A stretch of DNA of 62,000 nucleotides from Vicugna vicugna (Eukaryota). The notes below the pieces were generated by a model. The model searched no databases. It saw only the letters and a list, made by a program, of their open reading frames with translations, and had not been told where the DNA came from. This document shows positions 23,871 to 36,309 of the stretch, piece by piece. The position numbers were made by a program, and so were the translations under genes. The stretch spans positions 372,001 through 434,000 of the forward strand of contig MU061538.1 in the NCBI GenBank assembly GCA_013265495.1, read 5' to 3'. Numbering within the stretch: position 1 is the stretch's first letter; each line of letters begins with the position of its first letter.

Positions 23871-25749
23871 GGCGCCCGTCCTGCCCGCAGCTGCGGGGCA
23901 GCCTGGGAGCTGCTGTCTCCTGTTGGAAGAGGGCGGCTGTCGGGGTGGCCCGTGGTCAGTGCCCACTTCCGTAGTGACCAAAACGGACCTCCCACTCGTC
24001 CCCCTGCCTCTGTGATGGGGAGGCCGGACGCTGCTGGCAGGACTCGGCCCACACGCTGCAGCCCGGCCTCTGCTCCGGAAGAGAGTTGAGACCCTCAGCA
24101 CCAAGGGCGGGCGTCCAGTGACGTTGCTTTCTTTGGGAGTCGTGTCAGTGCCTGGCCAGCGTGGTGGGCCGCCTCCCGGCAGCTTCTGGGCTGAGCTGGG
24201 GGTCCGGGCACGGGCAGGTGTGCCCCTTGGAGCAGGAGCTGCGGCAGCACCAGACGAGGAGCAGAGATGTGGGCGGGGCGGGGCCCGGAGGACCGGACGC
24301 TGGAAATGGGCCCCAGGCCGGTGGTGGTCACTTCCATTTGTGTCCTTGTGGAGTGGAGAGGCCCCGCGAGGCCCGCTGGCTGTGGGACCTGTGCCTGCAC
24401 GGTTGAACCAACTGACCGGAACAGGAGGTCACGGGACGCAGATGCTCACCCCGTGCCTGGCTGCTCTGCATGGGTGGCCCCGTCCTGTCCGTCGGTGCCA
24501 CGCTCCGAGCTCTGTGCCTGGTTCCTGCCCGTCTCTGACTCTCCCAGGCCCAGGCTGCGAGGGACCAGCGCCTTGTGATCTTGCTTCCGAGTCTGAAGGG
24601 CTGTCAGCAGCTCCTGCTCCTGTCAGTGGTGGGCTCAGGACTCCAGGCCAGTTTACGCGTGCGGCCGAGTGACCTTTCTCTTCTCTGCATCTTCTAGAGG
24701 AAATAACGGACGACAACAGTGGTAACCTTTCCATGCTCACTCCCAGAAGCTGTGCTGACCTTAAGAAAGAGGCCTGGCAGCCTCGGCCGGGCTCCCGTGG
24801 TGGCCCGGACGCCAGGCGCCTCCTCCGGCTGGAAGCCTGCGTCTTCCGAGGGAGGGGGCCCTGGCTCGGCGCTCTGGGCCTGTCGGCGCCTCGGTTCCAC
24901 GGCGCAGCGCAGGCTTCCAGCGGCGCGGCCCCCCCGCGAGCCTGTCCGTGGTGGGAAGAACGGGAATAAGAGTTTCAAAGGCAGGGTTTGGTGGGGCGGA
25001 GGGACCCTTCTGAAAAGGAGCTCAGAGTCGCGGGAGTGAAAGTCACATTATGCTACAGGAATCAGACGTCCTCACGAGTCTTCAAAAAATGGAAGCACGT
25101 TTGGGGGAGCACAAGCGGGGGATTAACACCCCCGCTGGGGTGCCCCATCCGGAGGCTGACCGTCAGCGGGCGGGGCCCACGTGCCTCCGTTCCGAGAAAC
25201 ATGATGTAAACACGCTGCAAAGCCCGCAAAGCCCAGCCCCACCTTCTGACTCCCTCCTCGCGGGTCCAGTAAGGCGCCGGTCACAGCGAGGGGCCCGTCG
25301 AGCTCGTCGCTGAGCTTCACGTTCGCTGTGAAGGGGACGCCCCCAGCAGGGGCGGCAGAGGCCCGGGGAGGAGGGGGTGCGGGCGGTGGTCCCGTCGGGT
25401 GGGGCTGGGCTGGCGCACCTGGCGCGAGGCTTCTCGTGGGGCCGGAGGAGGAGTCGTTCCCAGCAGAGTCGTGGGGACGGCCACAGCCCGCTGAGCCCGC
25501 CGTCTTCCCTCAGGCACAGCGTCGCCGTGTCTGTTCTGGGTGTTAAGTCCATTCTTTACCCCCAGATCGGACTCTGGAAACATCAGCGGAGCAACTAGTG
25601 CCTTCTCCGCGGCCCCAGGGCCCCAGGCGCTCGGGAGCTACAGCGCCTCAGTTCAGACCTGGTCCATGCTGCTCAGTGTCGATTGTCTGAGACTCGGCGG
25701 GAGCGAGGTGCTGACAGGCTCGCTGTGATGTGCGACTGAGCAGCAAGTG

Positions 25750-25860
25750 ACTTCTGCAGTTTATGGAATTGTAAATGAAGTTTCTGATTAAGTCGGCAAC
25801 AGGGATGAAATTAATAGATCCTCTCGAGGTAATTGGACAAGCGAGCTATTCTTTAAGGAG
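25750..25860. promoter_or_regulatory. Candidate enhancer (homeodomain motif cluster)
   Basis: AT-rich island with TTTATGG (25760), TGTAAAT, TGATTA, AATTAAT and TAATTGG (25830). Confidence 0.3.
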
Positions 25861-26499
25861 AGAGAGAGCTTGGAAAGCTCTATTCCGTTTTGTCAGTGAC
25901 TTCAGACATCTGGGAAGGAAGCCCCTCCCTCCCACGGGGGCTCCGAGCAAAGCACAGACAGAAAGACCGTGGCGTCCACTCCCACCTGTTGGTCAGTGGC
26001 CCCAGCAGAGCCCCCCACCCCGGGAGGGCAGCACTGCCGGTCACACTGGGCGCCCACATGGGCGGACCCCCGTCCCTGACCAGGTAGAGGAGGGCGCACG
26101 GCCTGGCTCTGCGTGCGGCCCCATGGGCGGGTGACGCTTCAAGGACCCTGACCTGGTCGGCCATCTCCCTCTGCCCGTCCGCTCCCTCCCTCCCCGCGCC
26201 TGGCGGGACCCACGAGGCCTGGGGGTATCTCTCTGGACAACGGCCGGCCTGGGGCACCGCGCACCTGCCACCCTGTCCTCTTTGCTCCCAGACGGTGGTG
26301 TGCGGGAGGGGTCTGTCCCCCATCCCCCGAGGTCTGTGCACTGGGTCTGAGCCTCAGGTGCCTCGTGGGGATTTCAGTCATTTCCTCATGCACAATGTTC
26401 CTGACTTTGTTGGGCGTCGAGAAGCTCTCTGGGCGCCGCCGGCTGCATGAGGGACTCAGGACACCAAGGTCATCCAGCGAGAGGCCTCAGTGCCCACGT

Positions 26500-26690
26500 C
26501 CTCCTCGCTAATGCCAGCCTTTGAATGTCCAGAACTGGGTCGCACTGACCTTGTACTCCTCCCCCCAGGCCCTGGCCCCTGCACCTTCTGTCCTCGACGG
26601 AGTGGACCCCTCAGACAGCTGCCCTTGAGAGACTGAGCGCCTGAGTGAGCACGTGGGCGTGTGCGGGAATGAGCGAACGAGTGAGCCAGC
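26500..26690 (+). mobile_element. Possible L2 3' end
   Basis: Degenerate end GTGTGCGGGAATGAGCGAACGAGTGAG resembles the L2 tail GTTGAATGAATGAATGAATG. Confidence 0.35.
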
Positions 26691-26926
26691 GCGGACCTGG
26701 ACCAGGCTGGACGCTGCCTCTGGGAGCTGGGGGTCTTCGCAGGGGCGTGGTCTCAGTCCAGTCCTGTCTGTGCCGACTTCACAACTCCTGCTCCGTCTGG
26801 GGGGGGCAGTGAGGGGACAGTAGGGGGCAGGCAGCCTGGCCTGTGAGCACCGGTTTCTGCATCCCTTCCTGTACAGAGGCGCGAGTGAGGACATGTGGCC
26901 CGAAACTCCTGTTACTCAGAGGGAGG

Positions 26927-26982
26927 TGACGTCAGCTGTGCTTTCTCAGTATAAGGCCCATGGCCCAGTCTCTGCTTATAAA
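26927..26982 (+). promoter_or_regulatory. CRE plus TATA arrangement (candidate Pol II core promoter)
   Basis: Full palindromic CRE TGACGTCA (26927-26934) overlapping E-box CAGCTG, TATAAG at 26950 and TATAAA at 26977-26982. Confidence 0.3.
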
Positions 26983-27095
26983 CCGCGTCCAGGCGTTTGG
27001 AGGCGGTGGGCCTGACTTCTGAGAGCAGGTGCTGCAGTGTCCGCGTTCAGATCCTCAAACGTGGTGCAGCACGACGGCTTCACTCAAGCGGGCCT

Positions 27096-27245
27096 GGGGG
27101 GCAGAGTGTAGCTCAAGGGGTAGAGCACATGCTTAGCATGCAGAGGGTCCTGGGTTCAATCCCCAGTACATCCTCCGAACATGAGCAAGGAAACCTAACT
27201 GCCTGCCCCCCCAGTGTAAATAAATAAATAAGAAATTGAAAAAAA
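27096..27245 (+). mobile_element. tRNA-Ala-derived camelid SINE (Vic-1 type)
   Basis: GGGGGGCAGAGTGTAGCTCAAGGGGTAGAGCACATGCTTAGCATGCAGAGGGTCCTGGGTTCAATCCCCAGTAC has an A box, an AGC anticodon loop and B box GGTTCAATCCC (27153-27163). It is followed by AAACCTAACTGCCTGCCCCCCC and a (TAAA)n/A-rich tail. Fuzzy TSD: CAAGCGGGCCT / CAACGGGTCT. Confidence 0.9.
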
Positions 27246-28949
27246 GACAACGGGTCTAGTTCTGGGTGAGACTGCAGCAGACAAGGCAGACCAGACCTCT
27301 CGTGGGCCGCGCCCCACGTTTCAGGCTTCTGAGCAGAAACCCTCGAACGGCGTCTCGGAGCGTCTACGGCAGTCATGCAGCCTGGCACGGGCAGGGACCG
27401 CACGGGAGACGGCCCTCCCCAGACCCGCCGGTTACAGCACCCTCTGTGTGCTCCCACGTCCAGGTGCCCTGCCGCCGTCCACCCACGGGCTCACCGCCGA
27501 GGAAGGGGCCTTGGAAGCGGCCGCCCGGATCCCCGTTCTGGCTCTGGTTCCGGGAGCTGCATGAGCTGCGGCAAATCCAGCAAGACTGCACTTCAGGTCC
27601 TTACAGACGCCAAGCAGACCTAAGCTCTGTGTCTCAGGGCCGCCGTGAGGGAGGCGGAGCGAGGCCCCGTGAGAGGGCCCTGGGCAGAGTCCAGGCACCA
27701 GGATGGCGTCTGCCGGGGCCCCTCAGCACGCAGGGCGCGTTCTCACGGAGGCCTGTGCTCCCGCGCCTCTGTCCCCACGTCCAGCCGCCTGGCTGTCACT
27801 TTGAACTGGGGACTCTCACCTTTTGTTTTTATCGGGTGATTTCCCAGCTGCAGCCTGAGGTCACCTGTGGCTCCAGAAAGCGGTCATATCAGTGAGGTGA
27901 GCACTTTCTTTTTGAAAAGTAAAACAGAGGCCAAAGTTCATCAGGTGAAGCCCTCTGCTGGAGTTCGGGCCCAGGTCCCAGCTCCTAAGCTTAAACAACG
28001 GCCCCGAGTCCCCCCAACCCAGGGTCGTGCAGGCAGGACGGGGCCCAGACCCCGGTCCAGGGCGGCTGTCCCAGCCACAGAGGCCGCCCCACGCGCAGGA
28101 GGAGAGAGCTGGTTGTGCTGCCATGGCCCGTGACGATGCACAGTGTCTGTCACAGAAATTTTGCTGGGGAGGTGAGGTGAAGGTGGGTCTGCTGGGGATG
28201 TGCGGGTGGACGAGGGCACAACACGGACTGACTCCACGAAGGCCTGAGTTAGTGAGGACACGGCGGTGGTTCACCGGGTGAGGCTGGCGTTCGGGAGGGA
28301 TGCTGAGTGGGTGTGGGCTGTGGGGGGCAGGGGGTGCTGAGGGATGGACCCCCAAACCCACCTCAAGCCGGTAGCATATCAGGCCTTGGTGCTGCTGTGA
28401 CCCAGATTGTCCCGGCAGAGCCCGGCCCACAGGGGTCTGCAGGAACCCCCACCAGGTAGGACGGAGCCGGTCAGACAGCTTCAAGCGCTGGGAGCAGGAC
28501 GTAAGGTGGTGTTAACGCTCGATCACGTTCCCTGAGCGCAAAGTGCACATTTAACAACCCTTGCGTCTCAGCCAAGTGCCCCTGCAGCTCGGTGTCGGGG
28601 GTTGTGGCGACTGTTCCCCTCCCCTCCCCGCAGTGCCACCGGGGGCACACAGCGCTCGGCTGGTGCCGGAGCCAGGGTACACTCTGACCCCCAGCCGCTG
28701 TTGTCACTCCCCCACATGCCGTGCCCTTTCCTTTCCCTCAGATGGATACGGCTGTGGGGCCGGACAGTTAATGAAGAAGGAGCAGGAGGAGGACTTGGGG
28801 GCGTCTGGGCCCCCAGTTCATGTGTTTCCAGCGCTGCTTGTGTGTGCTACTCCTTTTGTTCGTCTCTGCCCTGCTTTTACCCCCGCGTTTAAGGCTGCAT
28901 CTCGTCACCCTGACTTCCAGTGACAAGTGGTGCCCACGTGCTGCTGAGT

Positions 28950-29124
28950 GACTGCCTCGCGGGGCCTCTCCTTCTGCTGCGTAATCCGCACGGCGCGGCG
29001 CAGACGTCCCTCGACACAGGTGGCTGCTGGGCACTGGCCCCGTGGCTGGTCTGCTGGAGGGTTGGAGGTTCACTTTACCTGTAAGTAGCCACGTGTACAG
29101 TGGCTGCTCTAACGGACAGGACAG
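28950..29124. mobile_element. MER3-like hAT-Charlie MITE, GC-shifted
   Basis: CACAGGTGGCTGCTGGGCACTGGCCCCGTGGCTGGTCTGCTGGAGG ... AAGTAGCCACGTGTACAGTGGCTGCTCTAACGGACAGGACAG resembles MER3. Confidence 0.55.
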
Positions 29125-31585
29125 ACCCCACGTCTCTGGTCAACGGGGTCAGTTTGATACAGTGAAGCATCTGGAGCTAAGATCGTGGACAGAAAGCGTT
29201 AGAAGGTCACCGTGCATCTGCCTCACCTGTGGGCCCGTCTGATTTCACCGTCTCTCTCTCCCTGTCCCGAGGAAGGAGGGGAGGGAAAGTGGGGAGTTTG
29301 CACAAGACCCTGTGGAGTACAAGTGTTTCGTGTCAGGCACTTATGCTATGTCTACACCGGGGAGGTGGGGAAGTGAGCAGCCTGCAGGATGGTTGTCCCA
29401 GGACCTCCATGTCTGGCAACTTTTGTTATTGTTTTGGTGTCTGACAGTGAAGCCTGGGTGACCTCTGAAGACAAGCAGAAAACATCTCATCTCAGATACT
29501 GGTGCAGCTGCGGGACCGGGCCTTTCCTGGGGACCCGGGGACAAATCGCAGCATCTGGGCCGCCCGCGGGGTGGGGGCCTGGTGTGGAGCCCTGCGGGTC
29601 CCGAGGATGCAGCGGGGGCCCAGGGCTTGCTGGGGACACTCAGGCGCCTCCCAGGCCCGTGGTTCTGCTCGTGCTGTGACCGTGGCCATGGGAGGAAGGG
29701 CCCAGGCAAAGACAAGAAACAGAAATGTCCACCCACAAAAATCTGCCCCAGTGTTGGGTGACCCTGCAGAGCCTCCTGATCGAATCAATAGTTTGTTTCA
29801 AATCTTAACTGTATTTTTTAAGGATGGTCTAGTTTTAAAATGATTTTTGCTGAAATTTGAGTGTGTGCCAGAGAAACCACGTCTCGGTGGGTGACTTTTC
29901 CCTACGCACTGAGCTGTGAGCAGGGAGACCCCTCTTTCCATCAGGGGTGGAGCTGGGTGTGCAGGTGGACCCCTCGGCTTCGCACGGGCCACTTGTGCCT
30001 TCACAGCCGGGGCCCCCAGGAGCCATCAGCTCGCACCTTCTGGACACCAGAAAGCACATGCCCTGGAACCTTCAGGAATTTCGGATCATTGGGGTGTGGT
30101 TTCATAAATGCTGACTGAACCTAGATGGGCAATTTTCCTGGTGAAGAGGGGCATTTTTATCTCCCAGTTGTGGCCAGAGTGGTCACATGGTCCCTGAGCA
30201 GCAGGCAGGCCCTGGGAGAGCAGGACGAGACATGGGAGTACGACTCGGTCTCTCAGCTGGGAGCTCGGCCTTCACTGTCAGGGTCCAGCGCCTGGTGTGC
30301 ACGCAGCCCAAGACCCCGCGCCCACCCTGAGCCTCCTCTGCGGCCGGATGCTGGCTTCCTGTCTGCTTGTTTGAGTTTGGTCAGCTCTAAGGACAGAAAC
30401 CTTGGGAAACTTCACTTGTTGAAATAAGTTAGAAAGGAAACAAGGGGCTTATAATTGCCCCCCAGGAAAGCTGGCTGCTGGGGCCCAACAGGCGTCCTGC
30501 CCTGAAGCTGCGAGGTGCCTGCCCTCCAGAAGCAGGAGGTTTTGGGTGGCGTGCCCCCAGCAGGTATTTAAGGAGCATGAAGACCACACTGGTGTGTTAG
30601 GGCTGTTCTGCTGGTTTCACGGAAGCACCCACGCTCTCCTCGGCAATATTGCGACCCTAACAATGGACAAATCACGTTCCCTGTGTGAATCGCAGCCGTG
30701 CATGTGACCTCGGGCAGGGAAATGACAGCTGTGCGAACAGCGACGTGTGACGTGTGGCCTGGGGCCTCAGCGTAGCCGCCGCCAGCCGTGGGCACTTTCT
30801 GGAGCAGCCCTCCGGCTCTAGACCCTTCTGCTTGCCCCATGTCCTTCCACCCCCGAGTGGGTAGTGCTGGTCCACAGAGGGGAATGACCTGGCCCCTGGT
30901 CCTGAGCCGGCAGCGGCTTCCCGCACTCCCTCCCCTCTGCACGTGGGGGGACGGGGCGGAGACGCTTCTTGGCCGGGCAGCTTCTGGGTCTCAGGCCATC
31001 AGCTGATGAAAATGGTGCCTTTCCTGTCTTTCTGGGGCGTTTCGGGGCGCCTCGGAGGTTTCCTGCTGTGCCTTCTCTTCGCAAGGCCCCGGTCCTGGGT
31101 GGATGCGTCATGGAAATTACTTTTCTGAAAGGAAAAGCAAATTGACACCCACGGTGAGCGTGTCAGCTCTGGCCAAGTGCAGGGATGGGCTGTGGGTCTC
31201 TTTTCGAGACGCTACTGCTGCTCAGATATTAATATTTCTTTAATGTTGTCAAGAAACACCACCTGGAATAAACTATTTTCCTCCACGTCCTGGGACTTCA
31301 TCTTAACCTGGGCTGGTACGCCGATATGGGAAACCTGCCCTTCAGAGAAATCCGAATTTATTTATGTTTGATGGAAATCTTTCGAGTAGCCTGTAATACA
31401 TTGTGGGAAAATGAGTTTGAGCCAGCCGTCAGAAAGTGGAGGTGCAGGGCAGGCCTCCTGGCAGCCCGCCTGCTGTGACCAGTCTGGGCTGGGCATCGGG
31501 GAGTACGGGGTGGGACCTATGCCTGAGCCCACCGCCCTCCTCTGCGGGGAATTGCCAACACCCATTTATCCCCTTTCAGGGGTGT

Positions 31586-31716
31586 CTGTGGGGGTGATAC
31601 ACCTGTGGGGGAGGTACACCTGTGGGGGTGGTACACCTGTGGGGGTGATTCACATGTGGGGGTGGTACACCTGTGAGGGTGATACACCTGTGGGGGATAC
31701 ACCTGTGGGGGATACA
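31586..31716. repeat. 17-bp G-rich minisatellite, about 8 copies
   Basis: Unit CTGTGGGGGTG(A/G)TACAC x6, then two shortened CTGTGGGGGATACA(C) units. Confidence 0.95.
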
Positions 31717-34554
31717 GAAGGCACCTCCTAATCCTTCCGGGGAAGTCATAGGGTCTTTGTATTCGTGTTCATTCTTAACACTTAGGTGTGTGTAGAACAG
31801 AGCCTCGACTCAGGTGGTATCTGAGCAGATTACCCGGAAACCGCAGGGACACTACTGGGCGTGGTCAGGGGGTCCCAGGCTCTGGTGTAGCCTGGCCTCT
31901 GTCTCCTCCCTCTGCCCTTGGTTCACCCTCCCTGAGTCCCCGAACCCTGGGCTGAGGGCTGAGCCCACCTCAACAGGTGTTCCGGGGAAAGCTGTGTGCG
32001 GCCTTTAGCTTCTGTGCGTTATTTAATGTGAATGGAAAACCTCAGCCTGGGAACCGTGGCTTCACCAGTGCTGTTGTAATGAGCGGGGCAAGGGGGCAGC
32101 AGGTCTTCCTGAAGCGGAAGGCGTGTCCAACTCCCACCCCCCACCGACGGCTGAGCTTCCATCCACGCTGTGCAGACGCCCAGGGGCCACAGGGGCCCAC
32201 TGCCCGCTGCACTCCCAACCCCGCGCCCCCATCAGAGGGGCCAGGTCTGCCCCAGACCCCGATGCTTATAAGCACAGACCACCCTCTTCTTGTAGGATGC
32301 TTCCTCTTGATGCATTTTATTTTTTTAATTTAACATAATACTGTATTTTGTTTTTGTTGTTCTCATCTTTAAAATTGCCTTCTCGTAACGAGAGTGACAC
32401 TTTTCCTGGAATACTAATTTATTCAATTAAAGAGTGAGACTTGAAGAAACACCCTGTATGTCACAGCTCAGGTGGCGTGGCGACGGTCCTGAAGGAACAG
32501 TGTTCACTCACTCACTCTAAACACCCATCTTGAGCCTCCTGCGTGCCCGGCCGGGGACAAGCTGGAGCTGGCACCCGTGGGCTCCCCCAAGTGCCCTTTC
32601 TGGAGAAGCTGCCTTTCAGGCCCATCCTGGGACCCCTTGGAGGCACCCCTCCTGGTTGGGGCCATGGGTGGCATCACTTGTGGGCACCCACCCCAGCAGG
32701 TCCCTGGGTGCCTCGTACCTCTGACGCCCCATGGTCCGTCCTTGGCAGATGGAGCCCCCACGGGCGGCAGGTGCCCTGCCAGCCCAGACTCGTCCTGTCT
32801 CCTGGCACCCAAGGGGACTGTCAGTATCCAGGAGTGGAGATGCCTCTAACTGTGTACCCCACGCAGGGTGGTGCAGAGGCTGAGGAGGAAGCTCTCTTGG
32901 GAGGAGCTGGTGATGAGGCTGAGGTCCTGCAGCGGGAAGTGTAAACCCACGTCAGCTTCTCATCCGCGACGACCGGCAGCACGACTCATCTGTCGGGAGA
33001 ACCTGTGTGTGTTTAGAAAGCCTCAGCTCCAAAGGGCGGGTGGCCTTGGTGATTGGAAAAGCGTCTCTGTGGCAGGAGCTGCGTATTGTATGATAACTTA
33101 CCAAGTGGTTTGTGGCTCCACCAGCCTCCTCCACAGCTGTCCCCGGATGTGGTGGCTCTGGGCTGCAGCCTAGCGCGGCCCAGGCTGCTCAGACGCAGGC
33201 CTGAGAGGGTGTGATTGCGGCCCTCCCTCCTGCCCCACCAGCTGTGCGGGGCGAGCGTCTGAGTATTCTCGCCTGTCTCTTGTCATTGTTGGAGTCGGTC
33301 ACGTTTCAGCTGCATGTGCCCCAGAGAGGGCCCCGTCCTGGGTGCTTTCTGATGACGGGGGTGGATGTTGTGGACGCTGCCCTCATGAACTGGGGGGCGT
33401 CTGCCTGCCTCGTGGTTCTGTTCTCAGTATTTGGGTCAACCTCCCACGACTTTGCTCAAGAGTGAGGCTGGCTTTGCAATCCGCAAAAGACACACAGCTG
33501 TGTCCCACACAGAAGAAAAGTTAAAAGTAATAGAAAAAGGAAGGCGCCTTCGAGACCACAGCGATGGACCCGAGAACTGAATGCGTCTTAGATATGTACG
33601 TGGTCCTCTCCAGCGAGGGCTCTCCAGTGTGAGTGCCCCTCCTCTCTGCTTGCTGGTGCTGCATGTCAGTGTCTTTGATTTCTTCCCCATTTTGAGTGAC
33701 ACGGTGTGATATGTCTAATGACAGCTAGAACAAATTCTGGTAATGAGGTCACCTTGGGCCTGTATTACTGTCTGACTGCTGTTTTCCATAGAAATTATTT
33801 GTGAAAGCACCCCACGTGCTCAGAATAACTTCCTCTACATCAGTGGGGGTGTCAGCGGGCAGATATGTTAAAACTTGCAAGATACAAATGGCTTGCTCCG
33901 GCCTCTAGTTTAGGGATGTAAATTGGTCTGTAATGAGACAGCTTCTGCTTTCATTGTGAGGAAAGAGGGATTGGCTGTGATTAAGTTATTTAGTTTCCTT
34001 CAGATGTAGGCTTTTTGGAAGGAAGGTGTAAACAGGGCCCAGAACATTGTATTAATTTTCCAAAAGGAAATTTCTAGTGAGTGCAAACCATGTTTCCAGA
34101 ATTGTGGAGAGGACTGTGGTTGAGTTGGTATCAGGAGGCTTGTGGAATCGAGGGAAACTGGGGGCTGGAGAGATGGTGGGACTGGGAAAAGCGAGCAGTG
34201 TGGGCATCCAGGCAAGGAGTTCATCTTGGGTGTGGAAGGAGCTGCGGGCCAGGGAGGAGCCTGGAGAATGGGGGACGTGATGGGGGTGGGGGTGGAGGTG
34301 CTGCCCAGACGTGAGAATTCTGGAGCCAAACGTGAGCATGGGACTCACCACATCGTGTGGTGGGAGCCACCGTGGGCAGATAGAGGGCTCGGCTGGCCCA
34401 GACAGTGAGTGGAGGGGCTCAGGTGTCTTAGGGGAGGCTGGAGTTGCAGAGAAGGTGTCAGGAGGACCTCCTGCCTCCCAACGGGTCAGACAGCGTGGGC
34501 GTGATTGCTGGTGAAGTTAGCCAGTCACTTGGCCTGCAGGTCAGACCCTGAGGG

Positions 34555-34760
34555 CCCAGTGCTGCAGGGCCGGGTCCCAGGGATACTTCAAGGACCCTGC
34601 ATGTGCACCCCAGACCTGGTGCTCAGGCTCCCAGGTGGAGCTAGGGCTGGGGAGGGGTGCACCCAGGGCAGGTGACGCTCTAGTAGAGGGGATCTTCCTT
34701 AGCCAACAGCTGCCAGGTGATGCCTAGTCTAGGGCCACACCTGGAGGATGGTGGCTTTAA
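34555..34760. mobile_element. Possible MER5-like hAT MITE
   Basis: CACCCCAGACCT...AACAGCTGCCAGGTGATGCC...GGGCCACACCTGGAG weakly matches MER5A. Confidence 0.35.
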
Positions 34761-36309
34761 GAAACCCATGAAGAATCACTTCATTTGACAGAGGGGCCGC
34801 AATTATAGTAACTTGAGGTCTTCAGATCATAGCTGTGCCATCCCGGAAGTGTTGTCAGTTAATTAACTCGGACATGGACCACTCGTAAAACCCAAAGGCA
34901 ATTTCAGAGAAGCCTTGCTTATGCAGTAGATGTAGGGCCTGAGAAGAGATGGGCCAACAGAATTCTAGGACATTGGGTCATTAAATCATTTGGTGTACTG
35001 ATTTTTTTTTAATTTGGTGGAACTGAATTATTAAAAAAAAGAAATAAAAGAACCCCCTGGTTCAATAAAGCCAAAGAGAAAAATTCCTTTTAAAACAAAA
35101 AAATGATTATTTTTTAGAAAGAAATTGTTGTTTTTTAAAAAAAATCTATTTTACCTATGATTTTTGTCAGATTTTTTCTTATTTTTTAACATTTATTAGC
35201 TGATTTTGTTCCAGTAAGTTCCATCTGTACTAGAGCAGAATTCCTACTACAGCAGGAAGTTTCTCAGTTCGCCATCAGCACACACTCGTGCCGTGCCTCT
35301 CCTGTCACTGCGCCGTCTGCAGCTCCTCCCCGGAAACTGTATGAAGACGACGAACGTGTGGGCTCACTCAGGGTCTGAGGTGCTGTGGGAGGAAAGCCCG
35401 TTTGTCCAGTGGACTTTGGTGCATGTGCTCTGCAGGGCACGGATCCGGACGTCCGCTGCTGCCGTGGGCTGGCGGCTCTGCCCAGGCCTCCCGGGGGCCG
35501 CCCCTCCCTGACACTTCCGCCTCTGCAGGCCCCTCCTGGCTCTCGGCGGCTCTGGCTGTGGGAGCACCTTCCTTTCAGCATTATTGCAGAGACTCAGAAT
35601 CGACCCTTTATGCAGTTGCAGTTCTTTGTAGAAGAAAATCTCTTCACTCACCTGCTTTCAACCAAAAGGACCTGGAGTGGAAAGTACTGTTCTTAAAACA
35701 TCCACGTCTGTGACTGGAGTCAGGTTTTTGTATGTTTTAGATGTATTAGCCGGTTTGTTGACCTCAGGAAGGCAGATATGGGTCAGCTGTTTCACTGTTT
35801 TGCTCTCAGCCCCCTCGGTGGAGGGGACCGCCGGTCTTCCAGGGTAGCTGCAGGCACAGCGCTGACCCTCACGTGGAATGTGGAGCTCCTCGGTCCTGGA
35901 AGTCTCTCTTGCAGAGGTGGGATAATTTAGTTTGGCCTTTGAGAAAACGTAACTGTGTTTCTAAGATTTTTGAAGAATATTCTTTCTTGAAATGAAAAGA
36001 GTGCCTGGTTTAAGAACTTTCCCAGCCAGAGGCTGAGGGACCAGAGGCCTCTCAGTGTCCAGCTCATCCCATTGGTCTGAGAGTCACAGATCGACTGTGT
36101 GAAAAGAACACCGTGGTCACAGTGATACCAAGCTCCAGCTTTCGCAGAAAAATCTCAGTGACGTGGTAATGCTCTCACCACTCCCTTCACTGCTGAATTT
36201 TTGCCAGGTTATCAAAACGTGGTGGCCACTGAGCTGTAATAAAAGTAGGATCACATTGCAAAGGAAGGTCCAGTGGGGTGGATCCTCACAAAGCCTTCGT
36301 TCACTGAGG

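Noticed and set aside
27096..27175. Possible tRNA-Ala gene
   Set aside because: The acceptor stem is disrupted, there is no oligo-T terminator, and it continues into a SINE body and A-rich tail. The same applies to 50065-50140.
31586..31716. CRISPR-like regular repeat
   Set aside because: The units are head-to-tail with no unique spacers, there are no cas genes, and the context is mammalian.
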